Made by a program: the position numbers and the translations under genes. From Escherichia phage AV119: 64,000 bases of DNA. This document shows, one piece after another, positions 13,917 through 24,387 of the stretch. The DNA is taken from sequence record OR352949.1, one strand, 5' to 3'. Position 1 is the stretch's first letter. The number at the start of each line of letters is the position of its first letter. Under the pieces are notes generated by a model. That model was not told the DNA's origin. It ran no database searches and saw nothing but the letters and a program-made list of their open reading frames with translations.

Positions 13917-15047
13917 TTATGGATAGGTATAGATGATACCAGTTTCTAAAGCAGTTTTATGAATGATGTATCCATTACGTGATTCTTGAACATCAACTTC
14001 TGGATAGTCTTTCATCATCTTCTGAAGAGTGTAACGATGCAGGTAATATTTACTATCTGGATCGTCAGTTTTCCAATCTTTACCTTCTTCAGTCATTTTT
14101 TGGATTTCATCCATAACCCACCAACCGCACCAGATGTAAGCTGAAGTACGGTGTGGAAGAGGATGAACATAAGGCAATTCACCTTCTGGTTCCGGAGCAA
14201 CTTTATCAGTCACTTGAACTTGACCTGTTGTTTTAACTGTTTTGCTATCATAATCAGTTGCTGCAACGACAGCAGTAACTTCAATAGTTTGACTTCCAAC
14301 AGATGAGGTATCGACAGTATATACGTTAGTTGACCCTTCTACAGGAGAAGAATCTTTCTTCCACGAGTAAGTAATTTGTGCTTCTTCTGGAGCATCCGTA
14401 ACATTAGCAGTAAATGTAGCCGAAGCATCTTGCTGAACGTTAATAGAAGGAGGAGTCAATGTAACCTGTGGATTCATTGTCTTCTTATTAACTGTCAATG
14501 ATACTTCATTAGAAGTAACTTCCTTTTCATTGTAATTTTCTGCTGTTACTTGGGCTACGCATTTAATTCTTTTTACTCCACTTGTAGTTGGAGTATAGCT
14601 AAATGTAGAGCTAGTTTCTCCACCAACTTGTGAATCATCTACATACCACTGATACGTAGCAGATGCTCCATCAGGTTGAGAAGCTAAGGCAGCAGTAAAT
14701 TGAACTGGGGTTCCAATTACTCCAGCTGAAGGACTAGCAGGAGTTACTGCCAATGTAGTTGTCTGAGTTTTGTTTTTGACTGTGATAGTTGTAGTAGCTT
14801 CTGCTGTTTCAGCTTCAGATTCTGGAACTGTATTTGTTGCAACAACTTTAATAGTCTTTTGACCAGCAGGACCTTTTAATACATAATCAAAAGTTGCTTC
14901 AGACCCATCTTGTGGAGCATTATCTACACTCCAAGCATAAGTAATAGTTCCACCTCCAGTTTCACCACTAGGTGCAGCAGTAAACTGCTTGGTTTCATCA
15001 ATAACTCCTGACGGTGTTTTAGGAGTTATATCAACTGTAAAAGCCAT
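13917..15047 (-). CDS. hoc: highly immunogenic outer capsid protein Hoc (Ig-like repeats)
   Basis: 376 aa as T4 Hoc; T/V-rich repeated beta-rich segments. Confidence 0.9.
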   Translation of the reverse strand: MAFTVDITPKTPSGVIDETKQFTAAPSGETGGGTITYAWSVDNAPQDGSEATFDYVLKGPAGQKTIKVVATNTVPESEAETAEATTTITVKNKTQTTTLAVTPASPSAGVIGTPVQFTAALASQPDGASATYQWYVDDSQVGGETSSTFSYTPTTSGVKRIKCVAQVTAENYNEKEVTSNEVSLTVNKKTMNPQVTLTPPSINVQQDASATFTANVTDAPEEAQITYSWKKDSSPVEGSTNVYTVDTSSVGSQTIEVTAVVAATDYDSKTVKTTGQVQVTDKVAPEPEGELPYVHPLPHRTSAYIWCGWWVMDEIQKMTEEGKDWKTDDPDSKYYLHRYTLQKMMKDYPEVDVQESRNGYIIHKTALETGIIYTYP

Positions 15048-15056
15048 AAGTTATCC

Positions 15057-15737
15057 TTATTTTAATGTTACGAAAGAAGAATTGCGTGTTTCACGAATTA
15101 AAACTGATCCGTCGCGATTAATGTAATAAATTAAGCTAAACAAAGTTTGGTGTGCTGACGCGTGTTCAAAACTAGTTGGATGAGATTTCCAATCAGGAGT
15201 TTCAGCGATCCATTGATAAATCCACCAAGGAACCGTACAGAATCCTGGATTTTTCCCCAATAATTGAAGATTCGGGCTAAAGTTTTCCGGAAGAGTAAAT
15301 ACAGACGGCTTTTCAGATTCAATAATCTCAGCTACAGCTTGTTCAAACTTTTCTTCAACAAAAGGAGTGTCTTCAATCAAAACGTCAGTATTTTCAGGAA
15401 TTTTATCCGTTTCTACCACTTCAATTTTAATATCAGATTTAACTGGAGAATCAATCAGAAGTGCTGCTTCTGGATTAACTTCTTCATCGTCATATTTTAA
15501 TCCCTCTGCAGCATCAGCAGCATCAATTAAGTCTTTAATAGATAACCCATCAGTCTCTGGCATAGGTTCACTAGCGAGCTTCTGGAGGGCTTCTTCAATA
15601 TCAACAACGATATTATCAAAAGATTTATTCTTTTTGACCTTTATACCAAACTGTTCAGCGTATTCAGCTAATTTAGCTTTAGCTTCTTTATTATCATCAA
15701 GAGCCTTCAGCTCTGCAATATAATCTTTATCTATCAT
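15057..15737 (-). CDS. inh: Inh, inhibitor of prohead protease
   Basis: 226 aa as T4 Inh; acidic N-terminal half; position next to hoc. Confidence 0.8.
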   Translation of the reverse strand: MIDKDYIAELKALDDNKEAKAKLAEYAEQFGIKVKKNKSFDNIVVDIEEALQKLASEPMPETDGLSIKDLIDAADAAEGLKYDDEEVNPEAALLIDSPVKSDIKIEVVETDKIPENTDVLIEDTPFVEEKFEQAVAEIIESEKPSVFTLPENFSPNLQLLGKNPGFCTVPWWIYQWIAETPDWKSHPTSFEHASAHQTLFSLIYYINRDGSVLIRETRNSSFVTLK

Positions 15738-15750
15738 AATATTTCCTCAG

Positions 15751-15758
15751 TATAAATA
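15751..15758 (+). promoter_or_regulatory. late-type promoter upstream of segE
   Basis: exact TATAAATA 35 nt before ATG 15793. Confidence 0.55.
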
Positions 15759-15792
15759 TAAATATAGATATATTTATTACTCGGAAAATAGT

Positions 15793-16410
15793 ATGTACCA
15801 CTTTGTATATGAAACAACAAATCTAATAAATGGTAAAAAGTATATAGGAAAACACTCTACTGATGACTTGAATGATGGTTACCTTGGTTCCGGTAAGGCA
15901 ATTCAGCAGGCTATAAAGAAATATGGTGAAAACAATTTCTCTAGAACAATACTAAAAGAGTTTAAAACTTCCGAAGAAGCGTACATGTATGAAGAAGAAA
16001 TTATAACTCCTGAAATAATAAAAAGCAAAAATTATTATAATATGAAACCTGGCGGAATTGGTGGAATTGTTATGACTACAGAGGTTATAGCAAAGATGAA
16101 AGAATCTTCCGCTAAGAGATTTGAAAACTCACCGGGCACGGTATTAGGTACAACTTGTTACACTAATGGAACTAAAAATATTTTTATTAAGCCTGGAGAA
16201 CTTGTTCCAGAAGGATTTGTAAAAGGGATGGTTCATCCTAATAGAAAGTCCAGAAAAGGATGTAAAGTCAAACCGACTACCACAGGAACTTTTTGGGTCA
16301 ATAATGGTGCAATAAATAAATTAATACAACCAGACGGTATTATTCCCGACGGATTTATTAAAGGTCGTCTCATGAAAAGAGATTCTAAAGGCAAATTTAG
16401 TAAGGCATAA
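15793..16410 (+). CDS. segE: GIY-YIG homing endonuclease SegE-like
   Basis: 205 aa; GIY-YIG motif YHFVYETTN...KKYIGKH; between inh and uvsW as T4 segE. Confidence 0.85.
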   Translation: MYHFVYETTNLINGKKYIGKHSTDDLNDGYLGSGKAIQQAIKKYGENNFSRTILKEFKTSEEAYMYEEEIITPEIIKSKNYYNMKPGGIGGIVMTTEVIAKMKESSAKRFENSPGTVLGTTCYTNGTKNIFIKPGELVPEGFVKGMVHPNRKSRKGCKVKPTTTGTFWVNNGAINKLIQPDGIIPDGFIKGRLMKRDSKGKFSKA

Positions 16411-16412
16411 TT

Positions 16413-17921
16413 ATGGATATTAAAGTACATTTTCACGACTTCAGTCATGTACGCATCGATTGTGAAGAGAGCACGTTCCACGAATTAAGAGATTTCTTTT
16501 CGTTTGAGGCCGATGGATATAGATTTAACCCTCGCTTCAGATATGGCAACTGGGATGGACGAATCCGTCTTTTAGATTATAATCGTCTTCTTCCATTCGG
16601 CTTAGTCGGGCAAATTAAAAAGTTCTGTGATAACTTTGGCTATAAAGCCTGGATTGACCCGCAAATTAACGAAAAAGAAGAATTATCAAGAAAAGATTTT
16701 GATGAATGGCTTTCTAAATTAGAAATCTATTCAGGAAATAAAAGAATTGAACCGCATTGGTATCAAAAAGATGCAGTGTTCGAAGGATTAGTTAATCGTC
16801 GTAGAATTCTTAATCTTCCAACATCCGCTGGTAAATCGTTAATTCAAGCTTTGCTTGCGCGATATTATTTGGAAAATTATGAAGGTAAAATTCTTATCAT
16901 TGTTCCAACAACTGCTCTAACAACTCAGATGGCTGATGACTTCGTTGACTATCGTTTATTCAGTCATGCAATGATAAAGAAAATTGGTGGCGGAGCATCA
17001 AAAGATGATAAATATAAAAATGATGCACCAGTCGTTGTTGGTACATGGCAAACTGTAGTAAAACAACCGAAAGAATGGTTCTCACAGTTTGGAATGATGA
17101 TGAATGATGAATGCCATCTTGCTACAGGAAAAAGTATTTCATCTATCATATCAGGTTTAAATAACTGCATGTTCAAATTTGGTCTATCTGGTTCATTACG
17201 TGATGGCAAAGCCAATATCATGCAGTATGTTGGAATGTTTGGTGAAATATTTAAGCCAGTAACGACTTCTAAGTTAATGGAAGATGGACAAGTAACTGAG
17301 CTAAAAATTAATAGTATTTTTCTTCGCTATCCCGATGAGTTCACTACTAAATTAAAGGGAAAAACTTATCAAGAAGAAATAAAAATTATTACGGGGCTTA
17401 GTAAAAGAAATAAATGGATCGCTAAATTGGCTATTAAGCTTGCACAAAAAGATGAAAACGCTTTTGTCATGTTTAAACATGTATCGCATGGTAAAGCTAT
17501 TTTCGATTTAATTAAAAATGAATACGATAAAGTTTATTACGTATCAGGGGAAGTTGATACCGAAACCCGCAATATAATGAAAACCTTAGCTGAAAATGGT
17601 AAAGGAATAATTATAGTAGCTAGTTATGGTGTATTTTCTACTGGTATTTCAGTTAAAAATCTGCATCACGTTGTTTTAGCGCACGGTGTTAAATCAAAAA
17701 TCATTGTATTACAAACAATCGGTCGTGTATTACGTAAGCATGGTTCTAAAACAATCGCAACAGTCTGGGACCTCATAGATGACTGTGGTGTCAAGCCAAA
17801 ATCTGCTAATACTAAAAAGAAATATGTTCACTTGAACTATCTTTTAAAACACGGCATTGATCGTATTCAGCGCTACGCAGATGAAAAATTTAATTACGTA
17901 ATGAAAACAGTTAATTTATAA
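16413..17921 (+). CDS. uvsW: UvsW SF2 DNA helicase
   Basis: 502 aa; Walker A PTSAGKS, DECH box. Confidence 0.92.
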   Translation: MDIKVHFHDFSHVRIDCEESTFHELRDFFSFEADGYRFNPRFRYGNWDGRIRLLDYNRLLPFGLVGQIKKFCDNFGYKAWIDPQINEKEELSRKDFDEWLSKLEIYSGNKRIEPHWYQKDAVFEGLVNRRRILNLPTSAGKSLIQALLARYYLENYEGKILIIVPTTALTTQMADDFVDYRLFSHAMIKKIGGGASKDDKYKNDAPVVVGTWQTVVKQPKEWFSQFGMMMNDECHLATGKSISSIISGLNNCMFKFGLSGSLRDGKANIMQYVGMFGEIFKPVTTSKLMEDGQVTELKINSIFLRYPDEFTTKLKGKTYQEEIKIITGLSKRNKWIAKLAIKLAQKDENAFVMFKHVSHGKAIFDLIKNEYDKVYYVSGEVDTETRNIMKTLAENGKGIIIVASYGVFSTGISVKNLHHVVLAHGVKSKIIVLQTIGRVLRKHGSKTIATVWDLIDDCGVKPKSANTKKKYVHLNYLLKHGIDRIQRYADEKFNYVMKTVNL

Positions 17922-17934
17922 GGGCTTCGGCCCT

Positions 17935-18177
17935 TTGGAGAAAAAGATGTTACTAGAATTTAAACAATTTCTTTATGAAGCTTCTATTGATGAATTTATG
18001 GGTAAAATTGCCTCTTGTCAAACATTAGAAGGTTTAGAAGAACTTGAAGCTTATTATAAGAAAAGAGTTAAAGAAACTGAATTAAAAGATACTGATGACA
18101 TCTCAGTCAGAGATGCTTTGGCAGGAAAAAGAGCTGAATTAGAAGATTCAGACGATGAAGTAGAAGAAAGCTTTTAA
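17935..18177 (+). CDS. UvsW.1-like small acidic protein
   Basis: 80-aa ORF immediately after uvsW. Confidence 0.6.
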   Translation: MEKKMLLEFKQFLYEASIDEFMGKIASCQTLEGLEELEAYYKKRVKETELKDTDDISVRDALAGKRAELEDSDDEVEESF

Positions 18178-18232
18178 ATTAAAAAAGGCCCAACCAAAAA
18201 GGAAGGGCCAAAACTATAGACTAAAGGTCACA

Positions 18233-18400
18233 CTATAGCAAAAGTTGCGTTTCATTTAATTGTTCTTCCGAACTTTCTGAAACTGGTAGTTCTTTAATGT
18301 AATTATAGCAAGGCCCAGGATGTACAGGACCTTTGTCTGTTTCAACAACCAATGCAGAATCGATTGGAGTTTTACAGACAACACAAATCTTATCTGACAT
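18233..18400 (-). CDS. small Cys-rich (zinc-ribbon-like) protein, 55 aa, absent from the ORF track (below length cutoff)
   Basis: ATG 18400 with SD gaggaga 7 nt upstream; MSDKICVVCKTPIDS...GPCYNY; stop 18233. Confidence 0.5.
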   Translation of the reverse strand: MSDKICVVCKTPIDSALVVETDKGPVHPGPCYNYIKELPVSESSEEQLNETQLLL

Positions 18401-18428
18401 GATTGTCTCCTCTGAATTATATATCTAT

Positions 18429-18653
18429 TTATACAACTCTCATATGCATATCAATGCCCATATCTTTAGAATAAAAATATTCATCAAGATATCCGGCAAA
18501 TTTTCCTTTAATATAAAGAACATCTTCACCGCACGGGTGGTCGGCCAGGATACGAATATCCTGACGCTTAAGATTATGCTTTTTCATTAAGAATTGAATT
18601 TCCGTTTCAAATTCTTCTTCATAATTAAAAGCATCATCAATGTTATATCTCAT
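18429..18653 (-). CDS. hypothetical protein upstream of uvsY (uvsY.-1/-2 position)
   Basis: 74-aa ORF abutting uvsY. Confidence 0.6.
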   Translation of the reverse strand: MRYNIDDAFNYEEEFETEIQFLMKKHNLKRQDIRILADHPCGEDVLYIKGKFAGYLDEYFYSKDMGIDMHMRVV

Positions 18654-19066
18654 TATTTTCCAGCCTCAAATGCTCGCATGTCTTGAATATGCTTAATAGC
18701 AAATCCACGTGATTTAATAGCATCAAGAGCTCCGCTACAGAAATCTAATAAAATCCCCCAATACTGTAACGAGGTATCAACCTTTAAAACATCCTTATCA
18801 GCTGATAGAACTGTCTTCATTTCTGATTTCTCGTAACGATCCATACTAAATTCATCACCATCTCCTCGTCCCGAGTAGTAGTCTAATTTAGCTTTAAGAG
18901 CAACTTTTTTCTGTGCTTCAATTCTAAGCATTTCCTTTTTAATACTTGAATGCTTATTAAGCCATTTACTATATAACATCACATTATTAGCTGCTTCATA
19001 CTGTAATTTAGTCGAATCTATAAACACATCTTTCTTCAATTCTTCTTGAAGATCTTCTAATCTCAT
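18653..19066 (-). CDS. uvsY: UvsY recombination mediator
   Basis: 137 aa as T4 UvsY; gene order. Confidence 0.9.
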   Translation of the reverse strand: MRLEDLQEELKKDVFIDSTKLQYEAANNVMLYSKWLNKHSSIKKEMLRIEAQKKVALKAKLDYYSGRGDGDEFSMDRYEKSEMKTVLSADKDVLKVDTSLQYWGILLDFCSGALDAIKSRGFAIKHIQDMRAFEAGK

Positions 19067-19104
19067 ATTGTTCTCTATTCAATTGTTATTGGATGGACTT
19101 AGAT

Positions 19105-19135
19105 TCATTATACCACGTTTATACGTGAAGCATTA
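19105..19135 (-). promoter_or_regulatory. putative MotA-dependent middle promoter for uvsY
   Basis: minus strand aaTGCTTCA centred near -30 and TATAAT at -12 to -7. Confidence 0.4.
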
Positions 19136-19531
19136 TACTCTATTACTGGAAGCCAGTTGTAGTTTTATCTGCTCAATATCATCAGGGTTATCGATGACTG
19201 AAAAGCGTATTTCTACTATCAAAGTATAATCATCATAAACCGGTATTACATTAACTGCTAATTTATCAATACGTGGCTCATAGTTTCTTACTGCGCTTTC
19301 GATATTACGCTCAACCGTGTCAGCAGTAAGAGGAGTCATATTCTCAAAAAGTTGGTCAGATAAATCGCATCCAAATTCAGGGTCAAACGGTCTTGAACCT
19401 TTTCTTGTTGTAATAATTCCTAAAAGACTATTTTTAATTGACCTTAATCCAAGTGATCTTGAAACGTCTTTGTTCCAATCCATTTTCATCTCTGGGTCAA
19501 TATCAGAATAAAGCTTATTAATATTTGCCAT
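19133..19531 (-). CDS. 25: baseplate wedge protein gp25
   Basis: 132 aa as T4 gp25. Confidence 0.9.
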   Translation of the reverse strand: MANINKLYSDIDPEMKMDWNKDVSRSLGLRSIKNSLLGIITTRKGSRPFDPEFGCDLSDQLFENMTPLTADTVERNIESAVRNYEPRIDKLAVNVIPVYDDYTLIVEIRFSVIDNPDDIEQIKLQLASSNRV

Positions 19532-20157
19532 TACAATAGCTCAAAGAATTCTTTGAGTCCTCTTATTACATGAGCGTGAGTTTTTCCACACTCTGGACAT
19601 TTAATTGGAACAGCCAAATAAACAGTAGGCTTTAAAAGCATATCTTTTATAGCTACAATATCTGACTCTGTGATGATAGAATATAAATCTTCTAGTTCCT
19701 TTTCATTTAAGTCTTCAACTGGAATGCTTTCCCCGTTAGCATGAATCGTTTCTATACATGATACTATCATGTGGGCTATATTTTTATCATCAAAAATTTT
19801 AGGGTATCGGAATTTAATTTTAATGTCACCCAGTGTATACCAAAGGTCTTCTGGTGCATCTATTTGTGTATGTAATAGATTTATATGGGTTGGTATTTCA
19901 GTTCCGCAGGTGCACTTCCAGGAGTTTTCGTGATTAACTTCTCCAAGAGAATGCGCCCATAAATGAATCAACAATAGTTCTGATTCTTGGCGATTTAAAT
20001 CTTTTGCATTTGTGCAGTCTTTGATTAGCTTTTTAACAATTACTTCTACAGAACCATTATTTTTGGCAGTAATAAGTTCTAGATATTCTTTAAGAGTAAA
20101 TGCGCGACAGTTGATTATTTTAGAACCAACTCTCACATCAAATTTGTATTCATACAT
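19531..20157 (-). CDS. 26: baseplate hub protein gp26
   Basis: 208 aa as T4 gp26; divergent from gene 51. Confidence 0.85.
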   Translation of the reverse strand: MYEYKFDVRVGSKIINCRAFTLKEYLELITAKNNGSVEVIVKKLIKDCTNAKDLNRQESELLLIHLWAHSLGEVNHENSWKCTCGTEIPTHINLLHTQIDAPEDLWYTLGDIKIKFRYPKIFDDKNIAHMIVSCIETIHANGESIPVEDLNEKELEDLYSIITESDIVAIKDMLLKPTVYLAVPIKCPECGKTHAHVIRGLKEFFELL

Positions 20158-20178
20158 ATTTAGCTCCTTTATTTATCA

Positions 20179-20186
20179 TATTTATA
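20179..20186 (-). promoter_or_regulatory. late promoter for genes 26-25, overlapping the gene 51 promoter on the opposite strand
   Basis: reverse complement reads TATAAATA, 22 nt before ATG 20157. Confidence 0.7.
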
Positions 20187-20190
20187 AATA
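20183..20190 (+). promoter_or_regulatory. late promoter for gene 51
   Basis: exact TATAAATA 18 nt before ATG 20208. Confidence 0.7.
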
Positions 20191-20207
20191 GAATAAAAGG
20201 AGCATCT

Positions 20208-20957
20208 ATGGCAAACATTATTCGTTGTAAATTACCAGATGGTGTTCATCGTTTTAAACCATTTACGGTAGAAGATTATCGAGATTTTTTGTTAGTTCGA
20301 AACGATATAGAGCATCGGTCACCACAAGAACAAAAAGAAATAATTACTGATTTAATTGATGATTATTTTGGAGACTATCCGAAGACTTGGCAACCATTTA
20401 TATTTTTGCAGGTATTTGTAGGTTCAATAGGTAAAACTAAAGTACCAGTCACATTTGTATGTCCAAAATGTAAAAAAGAAAAGACAGTTCCATTTGAAAT
20501 ATATCAAAAAGAATTAAAGGAACCTATTTTTGATGTAGCTAATGTTAAAATTAAATTAAATTTTCCTTCTGAGTTTTATGAAAATAAAGCAAAGATGATT
20601 ACTGAAAATATTCATTCTGTTCAAGTAGATGAAATGTGGTATGATTGGAAGGAAATTAGTGAATCGAGTCAAATAGAACTTGTTGACGCCATCGAGATAG
20701 AAACATTAGAAAAAATTCTCGATGCAATGAATCCTATTAATTTAACATTGCACATGTCGTGTTGTGATAAGTACATTAAAAAATACACTGATATAGTAGA
20801 TGTGTTTAAGCTATTAGTTAATCCAGATGAGATATTTACTTTTTATCAAATTAATCACACGCTTGTAAAAAGTAATTATAGCTTAAATTCAATAATGAAA
20901 ATGATTCCTGCCGAGCGCGGATTCGTATTAAAACTGATTGAGAAGGATAAACAATAA
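20208..20957 (+). CDS. 51: baseplate hub assembly catalyst gp51
   Basis: 249 aa as T4 gp51. Confidence 0.85.
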   Translation: MANIIRCKLPDGVHRFKPFTVEDYRDFLLVRNDIEHRSPQEQKEIITDLIDDYFGDYPKTWQPFIFLQVFVGSIGKTKVPVTFVCPKCKKEKTVPFEIYQKELKEPIFDVANVKIKLNFPSEFYENKAKMITENIHSVQVDEMWYDWKEISESSQIELVDAIEIETLEKILDAMNPINLTLHMSCCDKYIKKYTDIVDVFKLLVNPDEIFTFYQINHTLVKSNYSLNSIMKMIPAERGFVLKLIEKDKQ

Positions 20958-22129
20958 TGAGTATGTTGCAACGCCCCGGATATCCAAATCTCAGCGTTAA
21001 ATTATTTGAGAGTTATGACGCTTGGAGTAATAATAGATTTGTTGAATTAGCTGCTACTATTACCACATTAACTATGCGGGATTCTCTTTATGGTCGAAAT
21101 GAAGGAATGCTACAATTTTATGATTCTAAAAATATCCATACAAAAATGGATGGAAATGAAATAATTCAGATTTCTGTAGCTAATGCAAACGATATTAATA
21201 ATGTTAAAACAAGAATTTATGGATGTAAGCATTTTTCTGTATCTGTAGATTCAAAAGGTGATAACATCATTGCTATTGAATTGGGAACTATTCATTCTAT
21301 AGAAAATCTTAAATTTGGTAGACCATTTTTCCCTGATGCAGGTGAATCTATAAAAGAAATGCTTGGTGTCATTTATCAAGACCGCACATTATTAACTCCA
21401 GCAATAAATGCTATAAATGCTTATGTTCCTGATATTCCATGGACTAGCACATTTGAAAACTATTTGTCATATGTAAGAGAAGTTGCTCTAGCGGTAGGAA
21501 GCGATAAGTTCGTATTTGTATGGCAAGACATCATGGGAGTTAACATGATGGACTATGATATGATGATAAATCAAGAACCATATCCAATGATTGTAGGTGA
21601 GCCAACTTTAATAGGTCAATTCGTCCAAGAATTGAAATATCCATTAGCATATGATTTTGTTTGGTTGACTAAATCAAACCCGCATAAACGTGATCCAATG
21701 AAAAATGCTACTATCTATGCTCATTCATTTTTAGATTCTTCATTACCAATGATTACTACAGGAAAGGGTGAAAACTCTATTGTAGTGTCAAGGTCAGGTG
21801 CTTATTCTGAAATGACTTATAGAAATGGATATGAAGAAGCTATTCGTCTTCAGACTATGGCGCAATATGACGGCTATGCTAAATGTTCTACTGTCGGTAA
21901 TTTTAACTTGACTCCTGGCGTTAAAATTATTTTTAATGATAGTAAAAACCAATTTAAAACAGAATTTTACGTTGATGAAGTTATTCACGAATTATCAAAT
22001 AATAATTCCGTAACTCATCTATATATGTTCACTAATGCAACGAAACTGGAAACAATCGACCCAGTTAAGGTTAAAAATGAATTTAAAACTGATACTACCA
22101 CTGAAGAAAGTAGTTCTTCCGATAAGTAA
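20957..22129 (+). CDS. 27: baseplate hub protein gp27
   Basis: 390 aa (T4 391). Confidence 0.9.
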   Translation: MSMLQRPGYPNLSVKLFESYDAWSNNRFVELAATITTLTMRDSLYGRNEGMLQFYDSKNIHTKMDGNEIIQISVANANDINNVKTRIYGCKHFSVSVDSKGDNIIAIELGTIHSIENLKFGRPFFPDAGESIKEMLGVIYQDRTLLTPAINAINAYVPDIPWTSTFENYLSYVREVALAVGSDKFVFVWQDIMGVNMMDYDMMINQEPYPMIVGEPTLIGQFVQELKYPLAYDFVWLTKSNPHKRDPMKNATIYAHSFLDSSLPMITTGKGENSIVVSRSGAYSEMTYRNGYEEAIRLQTMAQYDGYAKCSTVGNFNLTPGVKIIFNDSKNQFKTEFYVDEVIHELSNNNSVTHLYMFTNATKLETIDPVKVKNEFKTDTTTEESSSSDK

Positions 22130-22610
22130 TAAAGAAGTTTCTATTCCTAAGATGGGTCTTAAACATTATAACATTTTAAAAGATGTTAAAGGTCCTGATG
22201 AAAATTTAAAGCTTCTTATTGATTCTATTTGTCCAAATTTATCACCGGCAGAAGTTGATTTCGTTTCTATTCATTTATTGGAATTTAATGGAAAGATTAA
22301 ATCTCGTAAAGAAATAGATGGCTATACTTATGACATTAATGATGTTTATGTATGCCAAAGATTAGAATTTCAATACCAAGGAAATACATTTTATTTTAGA
22401 CCTCCTGGAAAATTTGAACAATTTTTAACGGTGAGCGATATGTTATCTAAATGCTTGCTTAAGGTCAACGATGAAGTTAAAGAAATTAATTTTCTTGAGA
22501 TGCCAGCATTCGTTTTAAAATGGGCAAATGATATTTTTACAACTTTAGCAATTCCTGGCCCTAATGGTCCAATAACTGGAATTGGCAATATTATTGGATT
22601 ATTTGAATGA
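22077..22610 (+). CDS. 28: baseplate hub distal subunit gp28 (start overlapping gene 27 end)
   Basis: 177 aa from ATG 22077; ORF track gives longer 191-aa frame from 22035. Confidence 0.8.
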   Translation: MNLKLILPLKKVVLPISNKEVSIPKMGLKHYNILKDVKGPDENLKLLIDSICPNLSPAEVDFVSIHLLEFNGKIKSRKEIDGYTYDINDVYVCQRLEFQYQGNTFYFRPPGKFEQFLTVSDMLSKCLLKVNDEVKEINFLEMPAFVLKWANDIFTTLAIPGPNGPITGIGNIIGLFE

Positions 22611-24379
22611 AAAAGCCACAAGAAATGCAAACGATGCGTAGAAAAGTTATTTCAGATAATAAACCAACACAGGAAGCGGCTAAATCCGCTTCCAATACTT
22701 TATCTGGACTTAATGACATTTCTACAAAATTGGATGATGCTCAAGCTGCTTCTGAATTAATAGCTCAAACCGTTGAAGAAAAATCGAATGAAATAATTGG
22801 AGCAATTGACAATGTAGAAAGCGCAGTGAGTGATACTACTGCTGGTTCTGAGTTAATTGCTGAAACTGTCGAAATTGGCAATAATATTAATAAAGAAATC
22901 GGTGAATCGCTCGGAAGTAAATTAGATAAATTAACGAGTTTACTCGAGCAAAAAATCCAGACAGCCGGAATTCAACAAACAGGAACTAGTTTAGCTACGG
23001 TTGAAAGCGCTATTCCTGTTAAAGTTGTTGAGGACGATACAGCTGAATCCGTGGGTCCTTTATTACCAGCTCCTGAAGCAGTTAATAATGATCCTGACGC
23101 TGATTTTTTCCCTGCCCCTCAACCAGTTGAACCTAAGCGAGAGTCACCGGAAGAAAAACAGAAAAAAGAAGCATTTAATTTAAAATTATCTCAAGCTTTA
23201 GATAAATTAACAAAGACTGTTGATTTTGGATTTAAAAAATCCATTTCAATTACTGATAAAATATCAAGCATGCTATTTAAGTATACTGTCAGTGCTGCTA
23301 TTGAAGCTGCTAAAATGGTTGCATTAATAATGGCTGTTGTTATTGGAATAGACCTACTGATGGTTCATTTTAAATATTGGTCAGATAAATTTTCAAAAGC
23401 CTGGGATTTGTTTAGCACTGATTTTAAAACTTTTTCAAGCGAAACCGGAACTTGGGGTCCTTTATTACAGAGCATCTTTGAATCTATTGATGAAATTAAA
23501 AAGTTCTGGGAAGCGGGAGATTGGGGCGGTTTGACGGTAGCTATTGTAGAAGGGCTTGGAAAGGTTCTTTATAATTTAGGAGAACTTATTCAGCTTGGAA
23601 TGGCTAAATTATCAGCAGCAATTCTTCGAGTTATTCCTGGTATGAAAGATACTGCTGACGAAGTAGAAGGAAGAGCACTGGAAAATTTCCAAAATTCTAC
23701 TGGAGCATCTCTCAATAAAGAAGACCAGGAAAAAGTTGCGAATTATCAAGATAAACGAATGAATGGAGACCTTGGTCCGATAGCAGAAGGACTAGACAAA
23801 ATTGCGAACTGGAAAACTCGTGCATCTAACTGGATTCGTGGTGTTGATAATAAAGAAGCATTGACAACTGATGAAGAACGCGCAGCAGAAGAAGAAAAAT
23901 TAAAGCAGCTTTCACCAGAAGAAAGAAAAAATGCTTTAATGAAGGCTAATGAAGCCCGTGCCGCGATGATTCGTTTTGAAAAATATGCTGATTCAGCTGA
24001 TATGAGTAAAGACTCAACGGTTAAATCAGTTGAAGCTGCCTATGAAGACCTTAAAAAACGAATGGATGACCCGGATTTAAATAATTCACCGGCAGTTAAA
24101 AAAGAACTTGCTGCTAGATTTTCTAAAATTGATGCTACTTATCAAGAGCTCAAGAAAAATCAGCCTAATGCCAAACCTCAAACTTCTGCTAAATCGCCAG
24201 AAGCAAAACAAGTCCAGGTAATAGAAAAGAACAAAGCACAGCAAGCTCCTATTCAACAAGCATCTCCTTCAATCAATAATACTAATAATGTTATTAAGAA
24301 AAATACTGTCGTTCATAATATGACACCCGTAACGAGCACGACTGCTCCTGGTGTATTTGATGCGACTGGAGTTAATTAA
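22607..24379 (+). CDS. 29: tail tube length tape-measure / hub protein gp29
   Basis: 590 aa as T4 gp29. Confidence 0.9.
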   Translation: MKKPQEMQTMRRKVISDNKPTQEAAKSASNTLSGLNDISTKLDDAQAASELIAQTVEEKSNEIIGAIDNVESAVSDTTAGSELIAETVEIGNNINKEIGESLGSKLDKLTSLLEQKIQTAGIQQTGTSLATVESAIPVKVVEDDTAESVGPLLPAPEAVNNDPDADFFPAPQPVEPKRESPEEKQKKEAFNLKLSQALDKLTKTVDFGFKKSISITDKISSMLFKYTVSAAIEAAKMVALIMAVVIGIDLLMVHFKYWSDKFSKAWDLFSTDFKTFSSETGTWGPLLQSIFESIDEIKKFWEAGDWGGLTVAIVEGLGKVLYNLGELIQLGMAKLSAAILRVIPGMKDTADEVEGRALENFQNSTGASLNKEDQEKVANYQDKRMNGDLGPIAEGLDKIANWKTRASNWIRGVDNKEALTTDEERAAEEEKLKQLSPEERKNALMKANEARAAMIRFEKYADSADMSKDSTVKSVEAAYEDLKKRMDDPDLNNSPAVKKELAARFSKIDATYQELKKNQPNAKPQTSAKSPEAKQVQVIEKNKAQQAPIQQASPSINNTNNVIKKNTVVHNMTPVTSTTAPGVFDATGVN

Positions 24380-24387
24380 GGAATAAT

